From the sequence record NC_100372.1: a stretch of DNA of 64,000 nucleotides; one strand, given 5' to 3'. Shown here one piece after another: positions 44,392 to 53,726 of the stretch. The notes under the pieces are model-generated. The model did no database searches and was not told the DNA's origin. It worked only from the letters and a program-made list of their open reading frames with translations. Both the position numbers and the translations under genes were made by a program. Each line of letters starts with the position of its first letter. Within the stretch, counting starts at the first letter, position 1. Source of the stretch: a phage.

Positions 44392-45303
44392 TTATTTTCC
44401 GTTCACTTTGTTGTAGTTTCCCTGCTCAGATGGGACTATGGTAGAAGGTCTTCCATATTCCTGATAATACCAATCCGCAGCAGATTGAGTAACACCGTTT
44501 TCATCCGTCCACATCATAGATTTGTATGGCTGCCACTCTTCTGCGGCATTTGTGGATGCAGTGTCTGCAAATGCCCCTGTATCCCTCTTGTTACCTACGT
44601 TACTGCCATTCTTACAGTCGTTGACAGCACCTTTTTGCTGGGTCTTGCCTACTTTCTTAGGGTTGCTGTACACAGTTGCATTAACAACCTTGTTCAAGTA
44701 GAATGTGCGGAACTCTGTAAGTTCTACATCAAACACCATCGCAGCACCTTCACCAACAGACTTGTTGGCAGAAAGGCTGGTTATGATGTAGTTCTCAAGG
44801 AGTCTTTCCTCGGTAACCAAAGAAACCAACTGGCGCTTATTAATGATCTCAGTCAAAGCCTCCAGTGCAGCGCCTGGTCGCATAGATGCTGCAGGATTTT
44901 TAGAGTCAGTATTCCTGTCAATGTAGTTTTGCTCATAGATTATATGTGGTGATGTATTTACCCTACCAGTAAAAGAAAATACACCATCTTTAATTACAGC
45001 GTGGTCTGACAGGGTAGATTTATCTTCCACCGCAAACCCAGTTTTATCAACAGAATGTTTGAAAGAGTAGTTCTCAACCTGATCGAAGATAATGGCAAGA
45101 TCGTTAGTAAAGTTTTTACCCTTCATCTCCGTATTGCGACCGCCATAGTTAAGACCGCTGACAAACATAGTGTACTTTACATCGCTTTCAGTTTGCTGCT
45201 CTGCCTTTTCAGCCTTTGGAGATTTAACCTCTTGAGGCTTGTACAGGTCTTTTTCATCAACTATATTGCTTGGCATAACCTCTCCAGGACACTCCGATAC
45301 CAT
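44392..45303 (-). CDS. tail protein downstream of tape measure
   Basis: 303 aa; position immediately after TMP. Confidence 0.4.
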   Translation of the reverse strand: MVSECPGEVMPSNIVDEKDLYKPQEVKSPKAEKAEQQTESDVKYTMFVSGLNYGGRNTEMKGKNFTNDLAIIFDQVENYSFKHSVDKTGFAVEDKSTLSDHAVIKDGVFSFTGRVNTSPHIIYEQNYIDRNTDSKNPAASMRPGAALEALTEIINKRQLVSLVTEERLLENYIITSLSANKSVGEGAAMVFDVELTEFRTFYLNKVVNATVYSNPKKVGKTQQKGAVNDCKNGSNVGNKRDTGAFADTASTNAAEEWQPYKSMMWTDENGVTQSAADWYYQEYGRPSTIVPSEQGNYNKVNGK

Positions 45304-45339
45304 CTAGATATTGTATCATAAAATAGCCGTTTTTACAAC

Positions 45340-45369
45340 ACCGATAAAATAAAGGGGGCCGGAGCCCCC
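45340..45369 (-). terminator. intrinsic terminator (RNA GGGGGC-UCCG-GCCCCC then UUUAUUUUAU)
   Basis: 6-bp GC stem with U-rich tract, downstream of TMP stop. Confidence 0.5.
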
Positions 45370-45382
45370 TATGTGCCGTTTA

Positions 45383-47719
45383 TTACCAAAGATCTGTTGA
45401 CATAAAGTTAATATCTTTGTTGTTCTCCCACTCAAGTTTTGCATCAATTATTTTGTTAAACTCGCCCTCATTTATTGAAATAGTGATTTTCCCATCACTG
45501 ATCTCTAAAGGTAGCATTTCCATAGTTCTTAATTGAGAAGCAAAACCAGGGCCACCTGGCAACGGAAGAGTACCGCCAGGTAAGGTGTCCAAAGGATCAA
45601 CAAACCCGTTACCTCCGGATATAATATCTTTGCGAATCATATCGCTGATAGTATCCAGTTGCTGATTTCTTTCACTCAGCGGGTTGAAACGGTCATTAAA
45701 TAACTCTCCGGCACTTAATATTGTGCCGATAATGCCCAGCTTGCCAAGTATGCCAACTTTACCACCAGGTGTCTTGAGGCCACCTCCACCTTTTCCTGCT
45801 GCGCCTCCACCACCAGATCCTTCTGCAGTGGCTGCACCTGCTGCTCCAGCTGCACCTCTTAGAGAACTAAGGAATTTAAAGGTTTTTACAAGCATGGATG
45901 CCATGACAAAACCTTTTGTCAGGGCGTTGACGACCAGCATGATGGCAGCAGCAAACCCTGCCCATTTAGCATAGCTAAAGGTGTCATGAAGCTCTTCAGA
46001 ATATTCCTTCGTCTTAGCTGTTATGAATCCCCATTTAATCCCCCATTCAAGGAAAAACATGCGGATCTTGACTATAGTGTTGTTCAGTTCACCAACTACC
46101 CAGTTAAGACCTCTCACAAACCCGCTAACAAAATCACCAGAGGCATCCCACACAAATTGCAAAGTCTCACCAGTGCGGATCAGTGTATAATAGAACTCTG
46201 TTAGTTCGTCAGCCCAACGGGTGAACAGTTTCTGACGGGACAGTTCGATGAAGGTTTTCAGTCTGTTTTCTGCCAGCACGTTAGACTTCTGCATTCTCTC
46301 ATAACCAGCTGCAGATGCCTCGTTCATGTACTTAGCCACATACTTCATGATCTTGGCTGTTTTAACCTCACCTTTCTTCATCATGTCCATGAACTGATCC
46401 ATGGAGAGTTCAGAAAGACCAAAAGCCTCTTTGGTGGCCTTGATGAAAGGTTCATATGCCCCAGGTAACGCCTCAGCAAGCTGTTGCTTAAGTTCTTCTG
46501 ACATTACCTGTCCTTTACCAAGCATTTGCTGGATTGCCATAATACCGCGCTGGTATTTTACCTCATCAGCACCATAAGCAGCAGCATATTGAGAGTATGC
46601 AGAGAATAGCTCATGTACCTCTTGGTTTGTCATCTGATTTTTGGCGTTCACCGCCATCTGAGAATAACCCTGAAGACCAGATTTGAGATCAAAACCAAGA
46701 CGCATAGCCTCCTGCTGGACAAACGCAACTTCACTGTTGGCTTTGTTTGGATCTCCAGTAACAGCAGTAAGAGCAGCACTTGCCCCCTCCATCATGTGAC
46801 CGGATCTGTTCACCGCAGCAAATCCAGAAAAAGCTGTATACGCAGCTGTTGCATTAATAACAGATCTACGTAAGTCTCTCAAGGCATCGCCTAGTGTAAG
46901 CGTTTGGCTGGTGGCGCTTTTAAACCCAGACTGCAGAGCTGACAGGTGGGCGTTAAAGGTTGACTTTTTCATCTCTCCGCGAGCAAACCTGGACTCTAAC
47001 TCGGAGTATCCTGGCAAGCTTCCACGGAATCCGGCTCCATACTTGGCAGAAAGTCTTATCGCAGAGTTGTATAGGTGGGTTCTCCTTGCCTCACGATCCG
47101 ACATAAGCCTATTATCCATACCAGCTTTACTGTCCCTTCTTAGCTGCCTATGGTAACGGTTCATAGCCGCTGTCTGAGCTTTCACAAGATTAGGGTCGGA
47201 AGCCACACCACCCATGTTAGGGTTACCGGGGATATATTTGAAAGATTTGGCATTAGCCAAAACTCTTGCCTTAGGTGCCTTATACCCGCCGTAAGACACT
47301 GGTGCAGATTTGGCAGCCTTTTTGGCCTCTTTAGCTTGCTGCTGGTAGAACTTACGCATCCTTGCCATTTCTGGATTTTTAGCAGTAAGATTACCTACAG
47401 CTTGTTTACGTCTCGCGTTCTCCCTACGTTCTATTGCAGCCCTTACTGCAGCCTCTTTCTTGGCTTGTGCTACGCTCTCCCTGTGCAGTTTAGCATTTGC
47501 CTGAGATTGCTGCCTGGCAACCCGCTGCATTGTTTGCTGGGTTTTAACAGCCACTGCCTGCCATCTACTCATTGGGTTGGCTGAGTTAAAATCCTCGCCC
47601 AGTTTCCTGAACTCCCTCCCAATACTGCGAATTTTCTCTACAGCTTTTTTGTAGGAGGAGTTCTCTATCTCAAAGCCAATCTTGTTGACTGTTGTGGCAA
47701 CTATTTTGTTTGTAGCCAT
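45383..47719 (-). CDS. tail tape measure protein
   Basis: 778 aa; long helical Ala/Gln/Lys-rich body, Gly-rich patch (GAAGAATAEGSGGGGAAGKGGGG) near C-terminus; sits after the frameshifted chaperone pair. Confidence 0.6.
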   Translation of the reverse strand: MATNKIVATTVNKIGFEIENSSYKKAVEKIRSIGREFRKLGEDFNSANPMSRWQAVAVKTQQTMQRVARQQSQANAKLHRESVAQAKKEAAVRAAIERRENARRKQAVGNLTAKNPEMARMRKFYQQQAKEAKKAAKSAPVSYGGYKAPKARVLANAKSFKYIPGNPNMGGVASDPNLVKAQTAAMNRYHRQLRRDSKAGMDNRLMSDREARRTHLYNSAIRLSAKYGAGFRGSLPGYSELESRFARGEMKKSTFNAHLSALQSGFKSATSQTLTLGDALRDLRRSVINATAAYTAFSGFAAVNRSGHMMEGASAALTAVTGDPNKANSEVAFVQQEAMRLGFDLKSGLQGYSQMAVNAKNQMTNQEVHELFSAYSQYAAAYGADEVKYQRGIMAIQQMLGKGQVMSEELKQQLAEALPGAYEPFIKATKEAFGLSELSMDQFMDMMKKGEVKTAKIMKYVAKYMNEASAAGYERMQKSNVLAENRLKTFIELSRQKLFTRWADELTEFYYTLIRTGETLQFVWDASGDFVSGFVRGLNWVVGELNNTIVKIRMFFLEWGIKWGFITAKTKEYSEELHDTFSYAKWAGFAAAIMLVVNALTKGFVMASMLVKTFKFLSSLRGAAGAAGAATAEGSGGGGAAGKGGGGLKTPGGKVGILGKLGIIGTILSAGELFNDRFNPLSERNQQLDTISDMIRKDIISGGNGFVDPLDTLPGGTLPLPGGPGFASQLRTMEMLPLEISDGKITISINEGEFNKIIDAKLEWENNKDINFMSTDLW

Positions 47720-47773
47720 GCTTTCCTCATAATAAAAAGGGCCAGATCCCAGAAAAGGAATCCGGCCCTTAGA

Positions 47774-48022
47774 TTATCCTCTCCTGCGCTTAGCTTTCGC
47801 AGCAGCTGCGGCAGCCTTCTGCTCCCGCTCCATTTCCCTGTTTTGGACGGTATCTAGGAATTCTTCGATATCAAGATACTCACAGAGTTTCAGGAAATAC
47901 GCCATATCTGCAAGATTTAGCGATTCAAAATTTTCCCCTTTGAAATTCTTGAGCACCCTGCACCAAAGAAAGTCGAACCAGTTAAGTGAACTGTTCTTGG
48001 CTGCCCACTCACTGGCCCTCAC
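47774..48022 (-). CDS. tail assembly chaperone, -1 frame extension (likely expressed as frameshift fusion)
   Basis: 82-aa ORF in the -1 frame relative to 48034..48507; this frame stays open upstream back to the slippery site at 48133-48139. Confidence 0.45.
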   Translation of the reverse strand: MRASEWAAKNSSLNWFDFLWCRVLKNFKGENFESLNLADMAYFLKLCEYLDIEEFLDTVQNREMEREQKAAAAAAKAKRRRG

Positions 48023-48033
48023 AACAACCTTGC

Positions 48034-48507
48034 TTATTCCTGCTCTTCCGGAGCCTGATCCAGATTGTTCACCTGCTGGATCATACCCATCTGCTGTAAC
48101 ATCTCCAGAAGGCTTCCTAAACCGTCTTGTGTGAAAAAACAGCCGTAGTTAACCTCCAGAACCTTACCTGCCAGCTTAATCATCTCCAGCAGATGCCCTG
48201 CAAACACAACATCAGGGTTAAGCTTATCCACACCATCCACGGTAATATCTTCGAACAAGATCTTAAATAACTCTTCAATAGAGTTATCATCAAGTTCTTG
48301 AAACAGGTAAGCCAGGGCTGTAGGAAGGACCTCTGCCATATTCTGACCACCTGAGAGAATAGATCCGCCGACAGCTCCTAGCGGGACAGCTACAATCTTA
48401 CCGATTTTAGGCATGTTTTTCATTGCTTTCATCGGTCCCCAGTGGGTGATCACAAAGTTGTGCCCTGCTAAATCAATCTCTGTTGTAGGTCTAAAGTTTA
48501 TAGCCAT
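48034..48507 (-). CDS. tail assembly chaperone
   Basis: 157 aa between tube and TMP genes; contains slippery heptamer T-TTT-TTC in frame. Confidence 0.5.
   Translation of the reverse strand: MAINFRPTTEIDLAGHNFVITHWGPMKAMKNMPKIGKIVAVPLGAVGGSILSGGQNMAEVLPTALAYLFQELDDNSIEELFKILFEDITVDGVDKLNPDVVFAGHLLEMIKLAGKVLEVNYGCFFTQDGLGSLLEMLQQMGMIQQVNNLDQAPEEQE
48133..48139 (-). other. candidate -1 programmed frameshift site (U UUU UUC)
   Basis: Minus-strand heptamer TTTTTTC (plus GAAAAAA) in X-XXY-YYZ register within GCFFTQD; the -1 frame downstream has no stop until 47774. Confidence 0.5.
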
Positions 48508-48614
48508 TTTATAGCATCCTTATTAGTCATGTTGTGCACCATATTTGTGTATTTTACCATGATTATGGTGCATTGTCAATTTAACCTTTCAAGCAATCCA
48601 AAAGAGTTTGTCAA

Positions 48615-48652
48615 AACCATAAAAGCAAAAAGCCCCACCCGAAGGTGAGGCT
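48615..48652 (-). terminator. intrinsic terminator (RNA AGCCUCACC-UUCG-GGUGGGGCU then UUUUUGCUUUUAU)
   Basis: UUCG-tetraloop hairpin after the tail tube gene. Confidence 0.5.
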
Positions 48653-48669
48653 TATACTAAAGTGTGCCC

Positions 48670-49143
48670 TTAGATAATACCTGCAAGACCTGCGAGGCCA
48701 GTGAGAGCACCAGTGATGTTGTCACGGTTGAGCCATGCATCCAGAATACCGATATCCCAGTCCAGCTGACCTACTTCGGTTCCGTAAGTGAGGTCAGGCT
48801 GTTTTTGGATCCAACCGATTGTAGCAATACCAGGACCCTGGCTACCTTCCAGTAGAACCGGGAAGAATACCAGACCAGTAATAGATGCCTGTTTCTGCCA
48901 GTCAGAAAGGTAAGCGTTCCATACAGAAGTGTTCTGCAAAGACACAGTCATAACACCAGATTGGTTACGAGACAGGGCTGCAGACATTTCGCCATCCACA
49001 CCAACATGAGGGTAGATGTTGTCTTCGTTTCTTGAAACAACAATCTTGGTGTCAGCAGCGAAGCCAGTGACACGCTGCTGCATCAGATACAGTTTGACCT
49101 TTTTAGGGTCATAAGCATAAGGAGTTAAAATTTGAGTTTCCAT
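48670..49143 (-). CDS. tail tube protein
   Basis: 157 aa immediately downstream of the sheath gene, followed by a terminator. Confidence 0.5.
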   Translation of the reverse strand: METQILTPYAYDPKKVKLYLMQQRVTGFAADTKIVVSRNEDNIYPHVGVDGEMSAALSRNQSGVMTVSLQNTSVWNAYLSDWQKQASITGLVFFPVLLEGSQGPGIATIGWIQKQPDLTYGTEVGQLDWDIGILDAWLNRDNITGALTGLAGLAGII

Positions 49144-49153
49144 CTAGTCTTCC

Positions 49154-50530
49154 TTATTCAGTCATTGCAACAGCATTGGTGGATTTAGAACCAACCTTGT
49201 CCAGAAGGACGTTGATCCGGATACGAACGAAGTGCAGGGCGTTGTTATACACCAGTTCTACTTTCACACCTTCCAGAACACGAGCAGCCAACTGATTGGT
49301 TGGGATCTCTGCACGTTTAGGAACTGTGATGATCGGGTCGTAGAACACATTGTTGTCTTCGTCAAAACCTGTCAGGATCGCGCCATTCTTAATGCCAGTA
49401 TTGATCGGGTTGTTCATCAGAACAGACTTGATAACCGGAAGATCATCATCAGACATCTTCATGCTTAAACCCATATTGGAGCGACGATGCATGTACCCAA
49501 ACATGGATTCTTCAGATCTGAACTTGATCCAGTGTGCAAAACGAATAGCGTCTGCATACTGACCTGAAGCACACTTACCTTCCCAGAAAGCGCCAACACC
49601 GTTAATCATTCTGTAGAAGTTAACGTGGTTTTCCCAAATCGCCATACGTTGAGTTAAAGTCAGAGATGGTGCAATCACACCTGGCATCTGTTTTAAGTGC
49701 AAGCTGTCACCGTAGGACGGATCGTTGGATGCCATAGCACCTATGATACCACCCTCCGGGAAGTCCTTATCTGCACGAGGATCGTACATGCCAACACTGT
49801 CATATTGTGCAGCTTTCAGTTTGGTAGCGATGTTGCTATCTTTGCCAGTCACATCTTCTGCAGTAGAGTAGACGTGCAGCTTGTAGTTGGCCTGAGCCCA
49901 CTTAGCACATGCTTCAATGTCGGTGTGGTCTTCATGGCACAGGAAGTACCAATTGTCCCGCTCAGCATTGATCTTATCAACTACTGTAGAAGGTTTTTCA
50001 GAATTGGCGATATTCTTGATTGTATAGTTACCAGTATGATAACCAACAGTGCAGTCACCAGTGATGGTGATAACACCTTCAGAAGCCTCTACAGTGATAT
50101 CGTTCAAGTTATCATCTGCTTCGATTTTAGTCTTCATTGATTCTGCAATCTGAGTTGCAGCTGTCCCACCAGAGATAGGAACTATCAAAGAGGTATTGTA
50201 GCCACCTTTTGCAATAGTCATTACGACATCAGTATCAGCTGCGGCAGCAATACCTTTAAAATCTACAGTGGTTTTTTCTTTGGCCTGTCTGCCGATCATA
50301 ACATATTGTGGAGGGAATACACCACCAAAAGCTTTTGCTGCAAACTCATACGCTGCAGAGCCTTGTGCGAAACCATCTTCCACCATCTGATCCAGCTCCG
50401 CATATACGCGAGCTCGCTCAGTGAAGTTGTTGTGGATAGCGATGAACAGGGGAGTTTCGAAACCTACAGTGTCAATAGGTTGGGTTCCGAGGTTAACTGT
50501 AACATCTACCACTTTATCTAAATATGGCAT
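49154..50530 (-). CDS. tail sheath protein
   Basis: 458 aa preceding tube and chaperones; size and position typical of contractile-tail sheath. Confidence 0.5.
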   Translation of the reverse strand: MPYLDKVVDVTVNLGTQPIDTVGFETPLFIAIHNNFTERARVYAELDQMVEDGFAQGSAAYEFAAKAFGGVFPPQYVMIGRQAKEKTTVDFKGIAAAADTDVVMTIAKGGYNTSLIVPISGGTAATQIAESMKTKIEADDNLNDITVEASEGVITITGDCTVGYHTGNYTIKNIANSEKPSTVVDKINAERDNWYFLCHEDHTDIEACAKWAQANYKLHVYSTAEDVTGKDSNIATKLKAAQYDSVGMYDPRADKDFPEGGIIGAMASNDPSYGDSLHLKQMPGVIAPSLTLTQRMAIWENHVNFYRMINGVGAFWEGKCASGQYADAIRFAHWIKFRSEESMFGYMHRRSNMGLSMKMSDDDLPVIKSVLMNNPINTGIKNGAILTGFDEDNNVFYDPIITVPKRAEIPTNQLAARVLEGVKVELVYNNALHFVRIRINVLLDKVGSKSTNAVAMTE

Positions 50531-50602
50531 TTGTTTCCTCTTAATATCTGTGCACGGATATCAAACACGCAGTGTAATCATTACACTACACAATTATAAC
50601 GA

Positions 50603-51154
50603 TTACTGACCACTGTCTGTAACCGCTTTACCAGAATTGGGTGAAGGGAAGTGTGTGGTTATTTCAGCCTTAATTCCCTGAAGATCCTCAAAAGCCCCAA
50701 TGTCTGTCTCAACAAACCTTACGTTAAATGTCAGCATTACTGTGGCTCTATTTTCATACGTCTGCTTATTCAACGGCACCCTTTGAGGTGAAATTGTTGA
50801 ATTGTTAGAGTAGGCAAAGCACGATCCCAGAGGGAAATACTTGTCATAAAACATTGGAAGGTTTATTGCTTGCAATACTCTGCTAAGTGCAGCATATGCC
50901 CTGCCGCGATAAGCTGTTAACAGATAAGTAACAGTGTAGCTGTGGGTGACGTAAGCATTACCCTCCGCATCTTGAAACTCATTATCTTCCCAAGTGGTGG
51001 GATTGATCGCCAGGGTTTGCAAAAGTACAAACTCACCTTCCGGCTTCGGTATGGTAGAGCTTTCTGCCAGAACTACAGTTCTTCCTGTGGCAACCTTGAC
51101 AAGCTTAGCGATGGTTGTTTCAAGATCAGAAAAAACTTTTTCGAAAGCTTCCAT
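50603..51154 (-). CDS. neck / tail completion protein
   Basis: 183 aa between head and sheath genes. Confidence 0.35.
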   Translation of the reverse strand: MEAFEKVFSDLETTIAKLVKVATGRTVVLAESSTIPKPEGEFVLLQTLAINPTTWEDNEFQDAEGNAYVTHSYTVTYLLTAYRGRAYAALSRVLQAINLPMFYDKYFPLGSCFAYSNNSTISPQRVPLNKQTYENRATVMLTFNVRFVETDIGAFEDLQGIKAEITTHFPSPNSGKAVTDSGQ

Positions 51155-51579
51155 CAGTTTTCTCCTTCAGGCTCTTCTACCACAAAAAATCTATATCTTC
51201 CACCACCAGACGTGACATAAGAATCGCATTTTAAAACGGTAAACCACTTCAGGTCACCACGGATGTCAGGCAGTTGAATTTGATCAGCCATTGCATATGT
51301 TCCTTCGTCTGGACTATACAACTTGGTTGAGGAGTAAACTGTAAAAGCCTCGTACTGTCTGTCACCCTCAGGATTTATCTGGGAGGAGTAATCTTTAGCT
51401 GCTCTTCCTGTCAACGGCTGCACAACACACTCTAAGACATCAAACTCTTCATACTCAAGTTCTAACCCCTCGTTAGCAAAAGGACTGCCAACTGTTTTGT
51501 TATATACTCTGTGGCGACCTTTGAATGTTTTACGAGGTATTAGCCTGTTCTTTCCTATCAGCTTATAACCTGCTGCCAC
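51154..51579 (-). CDS. neck / head-tail joining protein
   Basis: 141 aa; 1-nt overlap coupling. Confidence 0.35.
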   Translation of the reverse strand: MAAGYKLIGKNRLIPRKTFKGRHRVYNKTVGSPFANEGLELEYEEFDVLECVVQPLTGRAAKDYSSQINPEGDRQYEAFTVYSSTKLYSPDEGTYAMADQIQLPDIRGDLKWFTVLKCDSYVTSGGGRYRFFVVEEPEGEN

Positions 51580-51598
51580 TCAACCACCCCCTTATTTT

Positions 51599-52069
51599 TT
51601 ACTGTCCAATTTTAAAGGTTGCAGATTCAAGCAGCACATCGTAATGCCGCATAGCCTCGTTGAAGCCCTTCTCTTGTGCCCACTGCTCACTAACAGTAGG
51701 GTTACTAAACTGACCAGCCTCAATAACAAACTGGATAGCTTTGGCCCCTGTGTCCCCCATCTGTCTAAGAACAGCCTCTGCACTTGATCCTCTAGCCATA
51801 GCTCTCAACAATTTTTCTGTCAAGGTCTGTAGTTGCGTGCTGTGAAATGCAAAGGCCGTCTCCATGAAATTGCGAACAGGCAGCCCGTTCCAACCGAAGT
51901 TGTGAATAGCTGCCAATGTTGCCATATTTAAGCCTGACGGGTGAGGTTCATCATAAAAGCCGTAGGTTATTGTTTTGCTTTCAAGTTTCACAAGGTCTTT
52001 ATAAAAGCGATCTAAACGCTTTAGGTTGAACCTTGTTTGACATTTAACCTTTAGCATTATATTCCTCAC
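51599..52069 (-). CDS. head completion / neck protein
   Basis: 156 aa. Confidence 0.35.
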   Translation of the reverse strand: MRNIMLKVKCQTRFNLKRLDRFYKDLVKLESKTITYGFYDEPHPSGLNMATLAAIHNFGWNGLPVRNFMETAFAFHSTQLQTLTEKLLRAMARGSSAEAVLRQMGDTGAKAIQFVIEAGQFSNPTVSEQWAQEKGFNEAMRHYDVLLESATFKIGQ

Positions 52070-52110
52070 TAATGTATTTTACCACAAAGATACATCAAAA
52101 GCAACAATTT

Positions 52111-52788
52111 TTAAAAACTGCGTTTGCGTCTTGGGTGGCGAGGAGGTTGATTATTTAGACCACTAATAGGTGTAATCCCCTGAACATCGAACGGGCCGTT
52201 ACTGTTTTCATTAAATTTAACCCGAATTCCTTCGTCTACACGAACACCACCAATGATAATCATTCTGCTATAAGCATCTAGCTCAGAGTCTACATAATCT
52301 GGGTGTGCCAGCAGCCAATCAAGAAAATCTTTCCACTGAGCGTAGGAAGATCCACCACGAATCTCTATGGTCTCATCACCTATTTTTTCCAGACGAGAAG
52401 TTATACTTGCATTACCGCTGGAAACTTCCTGCATCATCAGCCACCGCACAAGCTGCACAAGCACATTGTACTTAAGCAGGGGTAGCTTATCAGGGTCTGC
52501 CGGATAATTTAGTTTCAGCTTCTCCATGTCAAGGAATGTTTTAATTACCTCATCAGGGAGTGTTTCCTCGTCAACATTGCCAAGCAATAACCTCATAATA
52601 TCAATAAGAGGTTGGTCTGGATCAGGTTCCGGAGGCACAGGATCTTCTTTTGGTGGTTCTTCTGGGGTATCGACTACACCATCATGGTTAGGCGGTGACG
52701 GGATAATCTCTTCATCTTCATACCATGCCATTTGAAAATACCTCGTAAAAATAAAGCCCCATTCCTGATTTGGAAGGGGCCTTAACAA
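52111..52788 (-). CDS. head-tail connector-like protein
   Basis: 225 aa; Pro/Glu-rich N-terminus. Confidence 0.35.
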   Translation of the reverse strand: MLRPLPNQEWGFIFTRYFQMAWYEDEEIIPSPPNHDGVVDTPEEPPKEDPVPPEPDPDQPLIDIMRLLLGNVDEETLPDEVIKTFLDMEKLKLNYPADPDKLPLLKYNVLVQLVRWLMMQEVSSGNASITSRLEKIGDETIEIRGGSSYAQWKDFLDWLLAHPDYVDSELDAYSRMIIIGGVRVDEGIRVKFNENSNGPFDVQGITPISGLNNQPPRHPRRKRSF

Positions 52789-52790
52789 AA

Positions 52791-53645
52791 TTATGCCAGT
52801 GCAGCCTCAAAATCTTTCATCATATTTTGGAAAGTTTTTGCCTTACTTAAGGTGACACCGTGCTCTTTAGCGAAGGTTTGGAGTGCATCTTTCGAACCAC
52901 TTTTGTCATCTTCGTTGTTAAGAGCTGAGGCTTGCTGTAGTATGGCATCAATATCATTACCGGAAGATCTTGATTCTTGTGCCTGTTCAGGATCCTGCTC
53001 AGTGCCTTCCGTACCATCCGGTGCGGTAGGGCCTGGTGATTCCTCACTGCCACCACCAGGCTCAGTAGGGCCTACAGGTGGCTCAGGCTCTGGTTCAGGT
53101 TCTGGGGCTACTGTAGAAGTCAGCCCAAGATTTACAACCTGAGAACGTTTCTTAGGCCACTCAATGGTGAAAGTCTGGGTATCTTCTGCATAAGCAACAT
53201 CGCATTGCTCATCGTTTATGGTCACTTTTTTGGGCATCCCTTCAGGGTCCCACAGATGACCTTCTGCTACGGAAACCTTGAAAGCAGCATCTACCTCTTT
53301 AAACACTGACGGGGTGAGTGTGATATTGACATCACCGCTTTGCAGTGTTAAAGTGCTTTCATCAAGGTTTTCTGTGAAGAACAGAAGAATAACACCCATA
53401 CGGATAGTTGAAATACCAGTATCAATTGGCAGACCTGTGTGTTTTGCAATCTTCTCGAAGAAGTCTACAATCGTTCTGCATGGATAGTGAACACTGCCAA
53501 TAACGAACTCTGTTGGTGGCAGCAGGGCTGATAAACCAACATTGATTTCTGGATTGTATTGTGCTAAAAATTGATAAAAACTTAACTGATTGTTGAAAAC
53601 TCTTAATAGAGGATCATACTCGACTGGATATACGGCTCTCTTCAC
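52791..53645 (-). CDS. structural protein with PEPEPEPEP linker
   Basis: 284 aa; central low-complexity PEPEPEPEPPVGPTEPGGGSEESPGPTAPDGTEGTEQDPEQ segment. Confidence 0.4.
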   Translation of the reverse strand: MKRAVYPVEYDPLLRVFNNQLSFYQFLAQYNPEINVGLSALLPPTEFVIGSVHYPCRTIVDFFEKIAKHTGLPIDTGISTIRMGVILLFFTENLDESTLTLQSGDVNITLTPSVFKEVDAAFKVSVAEGHLWDPEGMPKKVTINDEQCDVAYAEDTQTFTIEWPKKRSQVVNLGLTSTVAPEPEPEPEPPVGPTEPGGGSEESPGPTAPDGTEGTEQDPEQAQESRSSGNDIDAILQQASALNNEDDKSGSKDALQTFAKEHGVTLSKAKTFQNMMKDFEAALA

Positions 53646-53665
53646 GGGACACTCCTGTTAAACCC

Positions 53666-53702
53666 TAATAAATAAAAAGGGGAGGGGGAGAACCCCCTCC
53701 CC
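53666..53702 (-). terminator. strong intrinsic terminator (RNA GGGGAGGGGG-UUCU-CCCCCUCCCC then UUUUUAUUUAUU)
   Basis: 10-bp GC stem plus U-tract immediately after the major capsid gene stop. Confidence 0.6.
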
Positions 53703-53726
53703 ATATGGGATGAATCACCTTAGTGA

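Noticed and set aside
44380-44952. 190-aa plus-strand ORF antisense to tail protein gene 44392..45303
   Set aside because: Fully contained in a minus-strand structural gene within a tightly packed operon; no independent signals.
47150-47584. 144-aa plus-strand ORF inside the tape measure gene, and similar antisense ORFs inside the 865-aa gene (39537..39987) and the capsid gene (54174..54617)
   Set aside because: Antisense to high-confidence late genes; composition atypical; treated as spurious.
52791-53645. PEPEPEPEP tract as a possible tandem DNA repeat or mobile element
   Set aside because: It is a short in-frame low-complexity linker inside an otherwise ordinary structural gene, not an extended DNA repeat.
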